NCBI GenBank assembly: GCA_051362555.1
Contig: CM120644.1
Location: 22,776,534-22,840,533 of the forward strand
Reading direction: 5' to 3'
From: Lingula anatina
Taxonomy: Eukaryota; Animalia; Brachiopoda
DNA length: 64,000 nucleotides
Below the pieces are notes generated by a model that was not told where the DNA came from, made no database searches, and worked only from the letters and a program-made list of their open reading frames with translations. Positions 48,604-61,896 of this stretch are shown in pieces (positions within the stretch are counted from its first letter, which is position 1; each line of letters begins with the position of its first letter). A program made the position numbers and the translations under genes.

Positions 48604-51376
48604 AAGTTTAGTTGTAGCCTAAAATGGGGTTTCATGGTAAATTTTGTTGGTTGAAAATTAAAACCATTCAATAGATTAAAGAATAAATTTTTGTTGTTAT
48701 TTTAGCTAGAAGATGTTAATTTGGAGACTGGTCAGAAAGAGCAGCCAGGAATCAGATATATATGGCAAAGAAAATAGTGATTAATCCAAGCACCCGAAAA
48801 AGAAGTTTTGTGAAGAGGATTGACTTACTGGCCAACAAACTAAAATGTATTTTTGATGTTTATCTACTTTGAACAAGTATTTGTATCTACAGTGGAAGGA
48901 CACCAATGACCTGACAGATAGCTAATGTCAGCCATGATGATCCAAGCAAGTAGCAAGGAGATCCCCCAAGAGGAAGTAATTTATGGGAGCTTCATTAAAT
49001 GATGAAAACTGACACTTTTCGATGACCTTTTTTTACAAGGAGCTTTTCAGACATGAATTTTGGCCCCAGAAACGTGGAATTCCGCATTTTTTAATTCAAT
49101 TCAAGGTGTCCCGGACCTCTGGCCGCTTAGGTGTTGAGTCCCATGATAAATGTTCGGAGTTCTTTTTTTTTTTTTTTTTTTTTGAAACCTAGGATCATGG
49201 CTGCTTTTTTTCTGTTTCATTTTACTGAAGATATCCGTGAATGCCACCTTTAAATGGGATAAGATCTTACTGAGATATTGATATTGAATATCATATTTTT
49301 ATTCCTTGGAGCAAAAGATCAGTTTGACTTATATATTTGAAAGCAGCAATATATGTCCCTGGTCCTGAGTAGTGCAAAATAATCCATGAATTACACCATT
49401 ACATAAGTTCAACTTATTTCTTCATTCTTCTCAGGAAGGGGATTCAGTTGGATAATATAGATTTGCATTACTTTGATGTTTTTGTAGAATGAAAATCAAG
49501 TGTACTTTTTTTTTTTTTTTTTTGAAACATTCACTTAAATCTTGAGTCAAAACTTTGTCGGTGTCTTATTCAGTTAAGGGTGACAGGAGTAGTCTTGAAT
49601 GGCAGTTACAATGCCTTCCACCCATTTATTAAGTTATTGGTAATAAGTATTTTCCAGTTTGAAGATTTCAATTGTTTGCTACACTTCCAAATGATTTGCT
49701 TATTTATACTTAAACTTTAAAGATCCAATAAAGAGATGATTATGCATAATGAAACATTGTTGATTGATTAAAAGCTGTGTGTGTGATTGGTGCCCACTTG
49801 TGTCCAATAATTGTTGAAGTAGTAGATGAAAAGAAAAGTTGAAGGAAAACAGTTTTCTTTATATGATTAAATGTAAGAAAAATGTGGGTTGTTTGTCGTT
49901 TTATTTTCTGAATAATTAAATTTATTAGACTAAAAGTATTTTAAATTAATTTTGTAAGCTATAGTATTACAGGGAATACCATTCCCAGGTGTACAATCGA
50001 GATGGAAGCTATTGAGCAAAGGGTAAAAACTTGAGGCCAAGTAGCAGGTTGAAAAGGGTTTATGTCTTAACCAAAGCTACATAAATTTCTATCACAAGTC
50101 ATCAAAATATGAATATGACGGTTTAAATCCCAAAGGTGGGCTCTGTTATAGGGCAATTGCCTATTCTTGTAAAGTCTATTGTTCATATCTGCCGTGATTA
50201 GAGTAATTGAGCAGGTATTACTGGCCAAGACAAGAGCAACACCCATTCAAATTTTACAATTTTCGGATATTTTAATATTAAAATATATCGCCAACAAAAG
50301 AAAAGGCCACGAGGATCTCCTTTGTACTTTATATTTTTAATGTTCCTTTACAAACCCATACAGGTTTGACAGAAATCGGACCTCTACTAGTGGGTATATG
50401 ACCCTCTGAAAATTGCCATGCTTAAACTTAGTTTTGGGGGGTGGGGTGAAAAAAGTGGGTACAGTGTGGACAAGGTGGGTTATATTTTTAGTTTGAAAGT
50501 CTTCGGGGGAAGAATATTGATCAACAAAATACATCATACATGTACATAGTAAATATATTGCTAGATAAGAGTATAATAAGCATATATATGAGTGACGTGT
50601 ATGATAACTGAAAATCTGCTTCGAAAGCTGGAAAAACAGAAAATTGGGCATAAATCCCTTGAAATACAGTTTTATGGCATAACATTTGGCAGAAGTTAAA
50701 AGGGTCCTCAGGCAAGTATTTCAGCCGAATAAGGTCAAATTCTGTGAACCCCCACCTTGCCGCACTTGTCTGGTGCTTAAAAAAACTGGCACTTAAATCT
50801 AAATCTTGGTGTTTACATTTGAAATGTTTGTCTTAACTTTTCAGTTTTTTCTCTCTCTAAAACCCTTTCAGTCTTGTTTATTATCCTATAACTTTGTCTT
50901 TGATTATAAATAACAATTAAATAACTGTTCGGAGAATGTTTTTAGTTATTAGAAGAATCGTTTTATTTTAATAATAAATGTTTAAGCTTTGTAATTGTAA
51001 AGTCATCCAATTGCCATCCAGGCGTATTCATGCTCAGCTATAGTGGTTGGTGAACACGGTTCAAGTGACGTGACACGTAATTCTACGTTATCTTTGTGCT
51101 GTTCTTCTATCCAGGTTCACGGCAGAGAGGATTGCTAAGCGTCACCCTATGGCCTGGCTTCCATTTGGGGCAGGCCCCAGAAACTGCATTGGTATGAGGT
51201 TCGCCCTGATGGAGGCCAAGATGACCTTGGCGTGTCTCGTGAAGAAGTTCAGCGTTGAGAGCTGTTCAGAGACGCAGATCCCACTGGTTCACGTAGCCAA
51301 GAGCACAGTGCAGCCGGAGAAAGGTGTCACCGTGCGTCTTACAAGGCGGAATGTAGTGGTCAATAATACTGAATAA
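33945..51376 (+). CDS. Cytochrome P450, clan 3 (CYP3A/TBXAS1-like), 13 coding exons, 537 aa
   Basis: Exons 33945-33997, 36588-36678, 37190-37248, 37457-37553, 38228-38347, 38546-38634, 39126-39277, 39739-39860, 40246-40431, 40671-40817, 42271-42359, 42742-42888, 51115-51376. All introns are GT-AG and phases are consistent (1614 nt). Motifs: N-terminal TM anchor, GPPP hinge, WKRLR, AGYETT (I-helix), ESLR (ExxR), PERF, FGAGPRNCIG (heme). Confidence 0.95.
33985..36000 (+). repeat. ~61-bp minisatellite containing the exon-1 splice donor, split by a transposon
   Basis: Unit agtatggctgtg|gtaggtacaat...atcactatatcat. About 6.5 units lie before the 34380-35800 insertion and about 3 after it. Confidence 0.9.
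34380..35800. mobile_element. CACTA/EnSpm-like non-autonomous element
   Basis: TIR cactgtaaaaacagtgtttagc / gctaaacactgtttttacagtg with TA TSD and subterminal cgcgtttagc repeats. Confidence 0.85.
36316..36535. mobile_element. hAT-like MITE in intron 1, shared by both paralogues
   Basis: cagaggcggatcta ... taaaaccgccactg; counterpart at ~62666-63042. Confidence 0.6.
39868..39937. repeat. (TA)n microsatellite
   Basis: Pure TA run in intron 8. Confidence 0.95.
41003..42032 (+). mobile_element. Non-autonomous piggyBac with a C-terminal Cys-rich domain remnant
   Basis: TTAA|ccctcaag ... cttgaggg|TTAA. ~41275-41362 reads CASCNQPVCPKH..VVCEDCA*. Confidence 0.85.
43166..47107. mobile_element. Academ-like non-autonomous element with ~780-bp TIRs, nested
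   Basis: tagtaggcttgttaagg / ccttaacaagcctacta with cct 3-bp TSD. Arms ~43166-43955 and ~46305-47107 give mirrored ORFs (43311+/46756-, 43656+/46392-). Confidence 0.85.
45272..45605. mobile_element. MITE nested in the Academ-like element
   Basis: TIR tagtgggctagatatggtcttaaagtgcaatttaag / cttaaattgcactttaagaccaaatcaagcccacta. No TSD seen. Confidence 0.7.
48530..48597. repeat. (TA)n microsatellite
   Basis: Pure TA run. Confidence 0.95.
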
Positions 51377-52176
51377 TAGACATTAACTGAACGTATTCAC
51401 AAAGTTCCATAGCTTGTGTCATAATTGCCAATGACTAATCTATCAGCAAGACTTAGCTCACATACTTTTTCAATTTAATCATCATACTTTTTACAGAGAT
51501 ATTATTTTACAATACAAGTTTTAAAACATATAATGGCCAGCGTAACGCATGCTATAGATGAGATGTCGATATATATATAATATGTTGATGCTCTGCGTAA
51601 CGCCAGCTATAGATATATAATACACCAATCTACAGTGATGAGTGTAACTAATATGCTTTCTTTTAATCATATGAAAGTTGATTTATTGTATTTCATGTAT
51701 TGTATATTGGGAATTTTTGTATTTCAGGTAGTGTATATATATAATTATAGTATTTTATGTCATGTTTGGAGATAATAATCTGGATATGAACGTATCAGAC
51801 ATTCATACTCATATGAACGTCAAGGGATTGCAACTCGGTACAGGTTGTCATCTCACGAACTGTCAGTGAAAAAAAGCCTGTCCCCCTATAGAAGATAGGA
51901 AATACATCTGTGGTACCGGTGAAATCCAAACATTTTTGTGCTTTTATTGTATGACAATCTGTATAAACAAGGAATATCCTGCGTTAGATTTTAGAGAGGC
52001 GGAACTACGCACGACGTGCGTCATTATAAATATGCTGTAAACTGTTTGTTTACCTAGCTTGTAGCTAGCTTCGTCGGGTAGATAATCAGTTGAAGTTCCG
52101 TTTTGGGGAATATCGCCATGTTCAAAACAAGACCCTGCTATTTTTGCATTCAAAAAAAGCTGGAAAAGCAAAATAA

Positions 52177-52630
52177 ATGATTTCTGCAGAGTCATTCGAA
52201 GAGGTTAGATTTTGGTTCGAAAATATTGAATCATTCAACGACAGCGCTGACATAGATCAAGGGATTATTGTTCATCATTTTTATTTTGAATTATACTCAT
52301 ACGCGTCTGATAGCGATTATGATGGGCACATGGTTAACTCGTCCGTATTAGACTCGGACAGCGATACTAACGTCTTTCATCCAAGTATCGATATTTTTCC
52401 AGGTAGTTCAGATTTTCCTGATTCAAGCGGAGAGTCCTATTTCAAGAGTCAGAAAGAATTTGGAAGCTAAGAGGAAGAGGTTTGCCCACCATGTTTGGAA
52501 TCGAGGGTACCTAACATGTCACATTCGGCTGGGGGTTGCAAAACAATTCCCTCATTTGAAGTAGACAGCTTCTTTCGAGGAACAGAACTAGGTCGAGGTC
52601 ACACCCCGTTTTGTTATTTCCGAGCGCGTA
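52177..52630 (+). pseudogene. Possible piggyBac-type transposase N-terminal remnant
   Basis: Acidic S/D-rich ORF continuing past one stop into ..PSF....G......TPFCYF, which resembles PGBD N-termini. Confidence 0.3.
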
Positions 52631-53041
52631 TGCGGTTTCGAGGGCACATTGCGCGTCACATTTGGTTGACGATGGCAACTATAATATAATGATATACCGT
52701 GTATGATATAGGTACATTTAGTATAAAAGCTGTAATTAGGTTTTCCACAATGGGTGGTCCCTTTTGTTTCTGACGGATAAGAGTTATGATTCTTAATTTG
52801 TATTTTTGTGGAGAAACAAAGCCTAAAGTGCTACTTAAGATTACGCAATTACTGAAAAGGTGTTTAAATCACCTGCAATCCAGATATTTACTAATATTAC
52901 CACGCTGTAATAGTTTAACTGTCACAACATGAGTAGAGGGCCACAGTAGATTTTGAAAAACTTAAAATGCGCAGTGAATCATTAAATGTAAATCCAATGC
53001 AATACTTATAAATTTAAGAATTTCTGCAAATAGCTGCACAC

Positions 53042-53092
<51 letters not shown>

Positions 53093-53185
53093 ACTGCAAA
53101 CCGGAATGACAGGAATGGTAGTCCGCGGGCTCCCGTATGGCAAGTACAGTTTAAAATTAGTAGGGAGTATTGGGGTTTGTATATA

Positions 53186-56100
53186 CAGTCTGTCCGCAGA
53201 TTTCGAGCTGCGCGTGCACACTGTCTGAAGCGACGGCCATTTTCGCACTACTTTCAGCAAAATCGAGTGAAAATGGACGACTTTTGAGCTCTTCATATTT
53301 TCATGTGTAGTTTTGTCAACAGTTGATGTGATTAAACGATAGATATATAAAAAGAAGCGGGAATATCTAGGGATTCGGAATTTTAAGGTTAGTTGTCATA
53401 AAAAATAGATTCAGAACGGTAAAATGGAAGATTTATCCACGCGGGTGATTGCAAATGGTGCCCCGTTTCAGGTGTCCGAAATTTTCTATTTGAAGATTTC
53501 TATAAGAAGTTTAAATTGTACAAAGTTTTAAAAACTAAATCATGAAAGCTGGTTAAACTGGGTCTCTGGCAGTATATATATATTGAAAATTCAGCTTTGT
53601 CCATTTTTTTAGCGTGAGGTGAACGCGACGCCAAGCACTCGCATTTTTGAAGCGTGTGACACTAGGGTGTTTCAATTTGAACAAAATTGCTACATTGTTG
53701 ATATCACCAGCCTTTTATATATATTCTAAAAGGTAAACAAGTGTGCTTTGTGTTGATATGAAACACATGTTGCGTTTGGGTCCCAACTCGTTGGAAAAGT
53801 GTTCATATTCCCGTGAAGTCGGTGTAAAAGTCGGCAAAATCGATTTTTTCAAGTGCAGTAGGTTACTGTGAATATGTATCGCAGGAAATGCAAAATATTT
53901 TCAAACAATTACATTCTGCAGAAAGATAAGATCATAAACTTTCAATTGATATATCATAAGGTATGTCTCCTACAATTTTTACCCATTTTGTGTGGGGAAA
54001 TTAGTGCATCTCCAAATCGACGACAAACATGGAACCCCATTTTCATCATAATTTATAGCGTCACGTGACCAACCTGAAGCACTGACCCCACTTGGCAAGA
54101 CAACAAGTTTTCTTATATATTCTGAATATCAGAGCAAACAAGTTACAATAAAATTAAAATATGAACAAGTGCTGTTCATCTAACATCAGAAATATTCCAT
54201 GAGTTATATGCTTCATTCTTAAAACATCAAAAATTGTATAGTTATGATCTACTCTACAAGAAATCCAGTGTGAATTTTGACCAATATAGAAAGATATTGC
54301 TGGATCTAGTTATAAATAAAACAAGATTATTTTAATTGAATAAATATTTACAAAGAAGTACTGGCCTATGACCAGGTTGTACTTTTTATTAAAGCCTGAA
54401 ATGGTTTTGATAGAAAAAAAATCATTAAACACTGGTTTAATCATTATATAAAAATATGCACTTCTGCCTTGTTCTCTTTTTTTATTGCTCCATATTTATT
54501 TCTATGTACTAGTACTTTTTTGTCTCTTACATATTAAAGTATTTAAAATAAGACCCTTCCAATTATAATTTGAAAAAATATCCCTAATCTATTTAAAATT
54601 TACATTTCTGTTTTTAAAAGTGCAAAATATTGAAATCTGTGTGATAAACAAAACTAAGTAAACATTTAAAATTCATGTCCTTAAAGCACTGTTCCTGGGA
54701 AATGTTCATTCAGCCTCATGAATATGCACTGAATTTTTAAAAAGTTTTTTGGAAACTTTTTGCCTTTAAAATTAAAGCAGATAAGGTTCCAATAAACTCG
54801 TTGGGCAACTTGATCTGTCTATTCTGAGAGCAGGAGAAGCACCTGCCCCAGCAAGTTATGAATATTACTTTAGCCAAAACTGACATACAATTAAGATCAT
54901 CCCCAGCTGAAAATTCTTGAATATAATTTGTAATTAAATACAGAACAAAGTAAAATGCATTAAAAAAAAGAAAACTTCATTATACGAGTGTTTCAGTTTT
55001 TTATTTCCTTAGAATCTTCAATGGCCAGGTCATTTACCTGCTGGATATGACAATCAGAAAACTAAATCAATTTTCAAGTTCAAAATTGGGCCGTTTTCCC
55101 AGAGTGTCACCCTGCCACCCAGTGGTTGATAGATTCCTTGACTAAATGATCATCAAAACTTGGCCCCTATAAAACTGCTGTCAAAATTTGGTAAAATTTG
55201 CATAATATTCCCCAAACTTGACCTCAAGTCAGATTTGATTCTTATTAGAGCACTGCATCCTCTCTCCGCCTAAGAAGTAGACAGGGTGAACAAGGCAATT
55301 TCAATTAGCATTATTGTATGTATTCTAATCTTTGTTTGGTCTCCTAGCCTTGAAAAAAATCCATGCACATATCTTTACTTTTATTCACTATAAACATGCC
55401 ACCTATGTGCTCTTTAAAGGCAGGCCACTCTCAGTGGAAGTCTTTTGGGTCAAAGCCCATCCTGTTTAATACTTGAAGAAAGTATTTTTCCAGAACGTGT
55501 CTGCTATGAGAAAGGTTTCTAGGGTAAACAGTATCCAAGACTCTACAAAACACCATCTCTTGTTCAGCCACACCTGCATCAACAGCACCATCACACAAAA
55601 TCGTATGGAAATAAAATTTCCCTGGTCTTGACTAGAACACCTCTTCCCTTATTGTCAGCTGATATGAAATCCGGGAATCTGTTAAAAAATAAATATAATA
55701 TAATGATAAAATCATACATGTATGTAGAAACAAGAAATTTATACAAAGCAGATAAAAACTGAAAATTAATGAAAAACCATAGATTAAAAAAAAAAAAAAC
55801 TCACCTCATTGTCAGTCTCACACCAGTTGTTTATCAAAGTAATTTCTTACCATACTATATAGTATTAATAATTCCTTGGTCCTACTAGCAACAGGCTACT
55901 ACTCTAGATAAAAAATATAATGAAGTATTGGCTTTTATATATATAAACACTTAATTACTTTTTGCTTTGTCTAACTGGTATATTTTCATCATTTCGTGCC
56001 ATCAAGTCCATTCTCATGCGATAGCTTAGGCAGGGATAGGTATGCTGTCAACATTTCACTAAAACTGAAAAAGCACAATGCATAGGTCATAAATTTAAAG

Positions 56101-57331
56101 TGTGCATATATTGGTCATAAAGTGTGGCTCTGCCTTGACAAACGATTTTTTTTAAACTTGTTAAATTTGAAGACCGTTTTTACTACCAACAATTTCAGAT
56201 AAATTGAGAAAACTTGTTTTAAAAATCACAATGTTAAAACTTATAATAAAACAACTTTGAAACCTGCCCAAGAAAGACCTTTAGTACACTTGTAATGCTG
56301 ATTGCGCAATGTGCTAGTTAACAGGTGTGTATAGACACACACACCCAATTTCGAAAAGGTCTAGATTCCAACTCCATAAAGGAAATAGAACGGATAAAGG
56401 TATGCTAGTAGGCCTACACATACTATGTAAACAAAGTACAACTACCGGGTATAACTTTGCAACATTTCACTGGTACTGAACGTCAACAAGTGCATCTAAA
56501 CTATGCAAAGGGAGGTTACTCCAAAATCATTTCGGCGCTTATATGAAACTTAGTGAATGCTAAAAAGACTCACCTTTTAGTCTGCAAACCCAAAGCTATG
56601 TAACTTGAATGGCAAACGGCAGATTTTTTCCATTCTAAAACCATGTTATGGAAGCGATATGGTCGATCTGCAGCACCGGTGGCGTTTTTTCACGTATTAT
56701 TTTCCATAACAACTCTCACTATGACAGTGACACACTGTATACTATAAATATACACTTGAGAAGCTGAACATTCAATTTTTTTTTCAACCGAAATGCAAGA
56801 TTTGACGAGAAAATCGCTTTCGAGTCACTTGCTCAGTACAACGTGACAGTCCCAGTTTCGACTGACCTACATACTTCGCACTAAAATAGGGATTTTACAA
56901 AAAAGGACGGTTGTACAAATTTTTCATTCTTTTTGGCTCAATTCCAGCTTATATAGTTGCATAAATCGTTAAAAAATCAATAAAGTAAGTTTGTCCATTT
57001 TTTCTAGAATCATTTCATTTTAGGGTACAAAATTACACGATCTGCTTGAGAAAAATGCGTGTGCTATTTTTAGACAACTGATACAAGGCTTTCGTGGAAA
57101 TTGAAATTTTCATTTTACATGTGCGTTTACATCACGTTTTAAATTTAATTTTCTGAAAGTTTCAAGCTGAATAATGAGTTATTCACAGAGCTTCATGGAT
57201 TTATATAACAACTTCGGATTTTGGAAAACATGGCGCGAAAAACCCGTCGCGGACTATTTTGTGCAAGCGCGTAGGTGTTTTTGTAATGATCACCGCTTAC
57301 GCATTGATATGCAAGATCTGCGGACAGACTG
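53186..57331 (-). mobile_element. Decayed hAT-like (ZNF862-type) transposon with 16-bp TIR and ATA 3-bp TSD, copy 2 only
   Basis: cagtctgtccgcagat / atctgcggacagactg. The minus strand reads ILCDGAVDAGVAEQEMVFCRV (55533-55601) and IALFTLSTS*AERGCSALIRIKSDLRSSLG (55211-55314). Confidence 0.8.
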
Positions 57332-57923
57332 ATAGGACGAATGTCAACATGCCGCTGCCTAACCACCGAGTGTTACCTCAACTCACACGTACACCGATGT
57401 ATACACGGGTACACACACGTACACACGCGCACACATAAAGGCCTCCGTATACACGCACACACACGAACAGGCATGCACACAAACATACACACACACACAC
57501 AAACACACACACGCGCACACACTAACATACACATAGACAAAGACATAAACCACCACCAACAGCACAACTTCATCACCCTCCCCACTCCCCCCCCCCCCCC
57601 CCGGGCTAATCCCCTCTTTATTACACCAACCCCCGGTGTACCGTGTATATCAACAGACCTTTCCTCAACTGGAGACGTATTTACAGTACAGGATGGATAA
57701 TCCTTCAAATAACACAAGTAGTTACATCCATTTTTCTGCTCGCTGTCTTTATTTTGTCGATATGTTTAATCACGGTTTAAATTCTGCATTCAGTCACAAC
57801 TACCAACCAGCAACAGCTCTTCAAAGGGATTTCAAAGGGATTCAATGTTTTAGAAAAAGTGGACATAATATTATCAACATACCAGCAATCTTGACCAAAT
57901 TGTTATTTAGAGCCAGCTGAAAA

Positions 57924-57954
<31 letters not shown>

Positions 57955-58249
57955 ATCATTAGCCCCCCGACAGGACTCCCGACCCACTGTCTGAGATGTA
58001 GTATTTGATACATTCAATCATTCAATCCCATCAACTTCAATGAAATTTAACTGTCACAACAGAAGGCAATGGGGAAATTTAAATGTTTTTTTTTCTTCTT
58101 AATTTAGAATAATCAATAAATAAAAAGAGTCGACACTTTTAAAGCTGATCAAAATAAAATGATAATAGGCCAAAAGCACCTACCTCGGTCTAACCCCATT
58201 TCACCCCCACCCCTTAAACACACACGCCACCACAACAACGTTTAATAAA

Positions 58250-58458
58250 GCCCCCTTTACACTGGACGGCGTCCTTTCTGCGTCCAGCAGTACGGCCCCA
58301 TTTGAGAGTTAAAAAAGTATAATACTTTACGTGCCGACAACTGGCCGATCATTGAGCATTCATTCTGATACAAAATCAATGCTCGTGCCTCCTTATTAAG
58401 ACCACAGCGATGCCAAATTTCATAGTCGCAGAAAGGATGCCGTCCAGTGTAAAGGGCC
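58250..58458. mobile_element. Harbinger-like MITE, copy 2 only
   Basis: ccctttacactggacggcgtcctttctgcg / cgcagaaaggatgccgtccagtgtaaaggg. Confidence 0.75.
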
Positions 58459-59225
58459 AGCCTCCGAGTTTTTTAACACATTTATTTTCATTTAACGTGA
58501 GACGTACAGGAGGCACATTTAAAGTAGAGCATGATCCTTCTAGCACCACAAGGGGCCACATTCTTTTTTGTGGACGCTTTGGGTAATTTATACAGTCTGC
58601 CTGCCGTTAATAATGCGCATAGTTATACAGCAACTGCACACAGAGCAGTTTAAATATAACCAGCGCGCCCTAAATTCTGCCTTCGAACATAATAGGCAAG
58701 AGTCCTATATTTATTTAGGCCTTTTCTAGGGCGCAACAAACAAGCCGTCCATATAAAACCGGTTTGCAAGGTACGTTTTAGTTAGTGTATTTACAGGAGC
58801 CTGTAAGCAGGTCAAAGGAAAAAGGTATGTATGATTAACATTTTTTTGGATTTTCTTTAGGTCTATACTTCTATTGATGGCTATTCCCGACAGTTAAATG
58901 TGACGTCTTATTTAGACTAAGGAACTATTCCCAGACCCTATCGTACTAACTCTGGATGGATCTCTTCAATTCAACTTAAGCGGCTTAGACCCCTGTCACG
59001 CCTCCTGAAGCCTCTAGGGGGTAATGAATTATCGTTAAGCAGCTTCAGTAGGCATACCAGAAACCTAAGCCGCCGAAGCTGAAAGCAATTTAACGAGAAA
59101 TCCCTTGGATATGGATCGATCCTGTTAGAGCGATCTAGGGTATGGGGGCCCAGTCTTAATTTCTTTTTAGATCTACCGAAAGATTTGCTGCACAAAGCAA
59201 GCTCAATGGGGATATTAAGATAGCA

Positions 59226-61515
59226 TACATACCTAGGGATGTTATGTGACCCTGGCGATATGATGATCACTGAAGCCTGTCCCTTTAGGCAAGCTTCAGT
59301 GAAGATCGAGGGCAACCTCGAGCCGCTGCCCAAAAATATCTCGATTCACTTGACATTTCTGCGTAGCGTCTCTCGGAATACTCGGATTTAACCTCGATGT
59401 TGTCTAAAACTTCACGACTACATCTTGCTTAAATCAGTCTAGGTCTCTTAAATGCTGGAAGTAAAAGACAGACTGATCATGAGACCTTCTTGTAGGTAGA
59501 TCACAATCCGCTAGGGGCGCTACAGTCGTAACTATCCACGGGCAGTGAAGTGTAAAACTGAAGTCGGCCTGCTGACAGTTCGCCTATGGAACTCCCTTTT
59601 TAAATCTCTCTTTTAGCGCCGCGTAAAAAAACTAATACAAGCCATTAACTAAATAAGTTGTAAATCAAAGAGTAAAATCCGGTCACGTGATTTTCCCATG
59701 TTTTCTCTCTTTGACAAGTTTCGGTTCTGCTTGTTTTAAGTTTTGCCTCTACAAAATGCTAAAAAATTTCAGGCAAGTGCTGGTATCATCTTTTTGAAAT
59801 TTATATCCAGCAAAGTTTATGAAATTTGCTATATTATGTAGAAAAATCATGAAATTTGAAGGTTGCGAAGTATAGTTAATTTAATCCGCAATATTACATG
59901 ATGTGAAAATTATCACAGGGAAATAGCTTTGCCCTGATTAGTCACAGGCTATGTGAGCCAGACAATAGGCTGAGCACACAAAGACACACAGGGTGCTCTG
60001 CTGCGCCTGAGTGATCACTGCTGGTCAGTGGGCACAGGTTTTGAGCTGAGAAGTGTGGACACTTTTGGTGGATTTTTGCAGTTAAAAAACTTCAATATCT
60101 TTGTTGCTTGTAGGAATATTTAAAAAATTCCAAATGATTTCATCCGGTTTTTGCATTACCTTTCAGATGATATAAGTATTTTAATTTTCTGATCAGTTTG
60201 AAATTTTTTCTGATATACCTACTTCTTGGCATCACGAGAATAGTGACGTTGCTTGCGTTTTATATCTACCAGTAGACAAATTTAAAATATCTCACGCTCT
60301 TAAAAAATTGCATAAACCTTTCGCGTTTAACAATTATTATTTGGCATCAAGAGAATAGTGACGTTGTTTGCGTTATATACCTACCAGTAGACAAATTTTA
60401 AATCTCTCACACTCTTAAAAAATTAGCATAAACATTTCACGTTTAACAATTATTATTTATAATTTTATTACATCATCATATGGATATGGTTTGAAAACGG
60501 GATTTAGTTTTAAGCCACACGTACGTACAAATTATTTGTAAATCTATAACTTTTTAACGAGGTTTGTGTTATTTACCTTTTGTTTTTAAACTGTTCATTC
60601 TTCCTCTTTAGCAGATATATCGGTTAAAATCAAATATTTCCCCCCTTTGAACTTGTAATTACATGCAGCATGCTCCATGCTCTGAAACCAGCACACGTAT
60701 ATTCCGAAACCGCCTCGTAGTAAAAAATTGTCACAAAAACGTAGCATTATTACTCCTGTGGCCTTGAAATAAACATCCGTTTGATTGTGACTATATTACG
60801 TAACCGCCTTGTTGTCAGAAATAACAATAAAAACTAGAAATATTACTCCCGGGATCTTGAAATAAACATCCGTTTGTTTTTGACTATATTCCTTAACCGC
60901 CTCGTCGTCAGAAATAACAATAAAAACTAGGATTATTACTCCCGTGAACTTGTAATAAACATCCGTTTGATTTTGACTATATTCCGAAACTGCCTCGTTG
61001 TCAGAAATATCACCAAAAATAAATATCTTTCTCCTTTGCACTTGCGAATATGACTATATTCCGGTCCGACGCTCCTTGTTTATCAGAAATGTCACTTCAA
61101 AGTAGAAGTTTTGCCTTGGGACCTTTTTTTCTGCAGCAGGTCCAGCTAGGTGTGGCTCAGCTTAGACGCGCATGGTCAGTGTCGAAGATTGATTAAATAC
61201 TTTTCACGCCAGAACGTCCATGACAAGTATTTAGCAAAAATTGACCAAATTGGTCAGACATTACGTAAGAATTTGGCGAGAGGTGACCAGCGCACGTGGA
61301 CGAGTTTATTTCATATAACATCTCTAGAGCGTGATATAGGGTCACTTTATTCGGTTTTAGGGGTGTTTAAGATGAAATGACTGTATTTTTTCTCGGTATG
61401 TATGTCAAATAATACACTGTCACCCTCTCGCGATATATACCATGAACACCTCTCTCTAACGCTCGAGGTGTTATGGCATATATCGCTCGGGTGACAGTGT
61501 ATTATCTCACACATA
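59226..61515. mobile_element. Insertion with a subterminal inverted repeat and terminal hairpin (Crypton-like or HINE-like), copy 2 only
   Basis: Absent from copy 1 (~33025). The left end catacatacc pairs with ggtatgtatg at ~61396. Long hairpin ataatacactgtcaccc...gggtgacagtgtattat at 61409-61505. Internal tandem repeats at 60225-60460 and 60700-61095. Confidence 0.6.
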
Positions 61516-61896
61516 ACTATATTAGCATATCAGAACATATTATATTATATATAGCATAACAGATCGGCTTTTTTAATACAAGTTACATGTACGTGACGTA
61601 CATATATATATATAAGTAGGGGATACATGCATAGGCATTAAATGACATTTACGAGAGGGACGCACCTGCGAATCATTTAGTGATAGACCCTTTCTACTCA
61701 TGTGAGAGATAGAGAGAGAGAAAGAGAGATATTTATGGTTAGTTTAAAGGACATGTAGCAGGTTGCCAGTATGTTAAGATCAGATGTCAATTGAGGGAAA
61801 ATCCCATCTGCTGTTATTTTGAAAAACAGGGTGTACTGCTTTGTAGATAATTTTATTTTAAATTTACTGTTAAATCTTTCTTTTAGACTACTCACG

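Larger units (their letters stand above)
42988..50792. mobile_element. TTAA-targeting TIR DNA transposon (possibly Sola3-like) filling P450 intron 12
   Basis: TIR gtgcaagtttttctaaccaccag..gcggcaaggtgggg..cacagaat is mirrored at ~50739-50792, with TTAA on both sides. Decayed coding remnants at ~47700-48146 (CDEC, VVCPAHR). Confidence 0.75.

Noticed and set aside
33945-51376. Naming the P450 CYP3A4 or TBXAS1
   Set aside because: Only clan-level similarity can be supported without a phylogeny.
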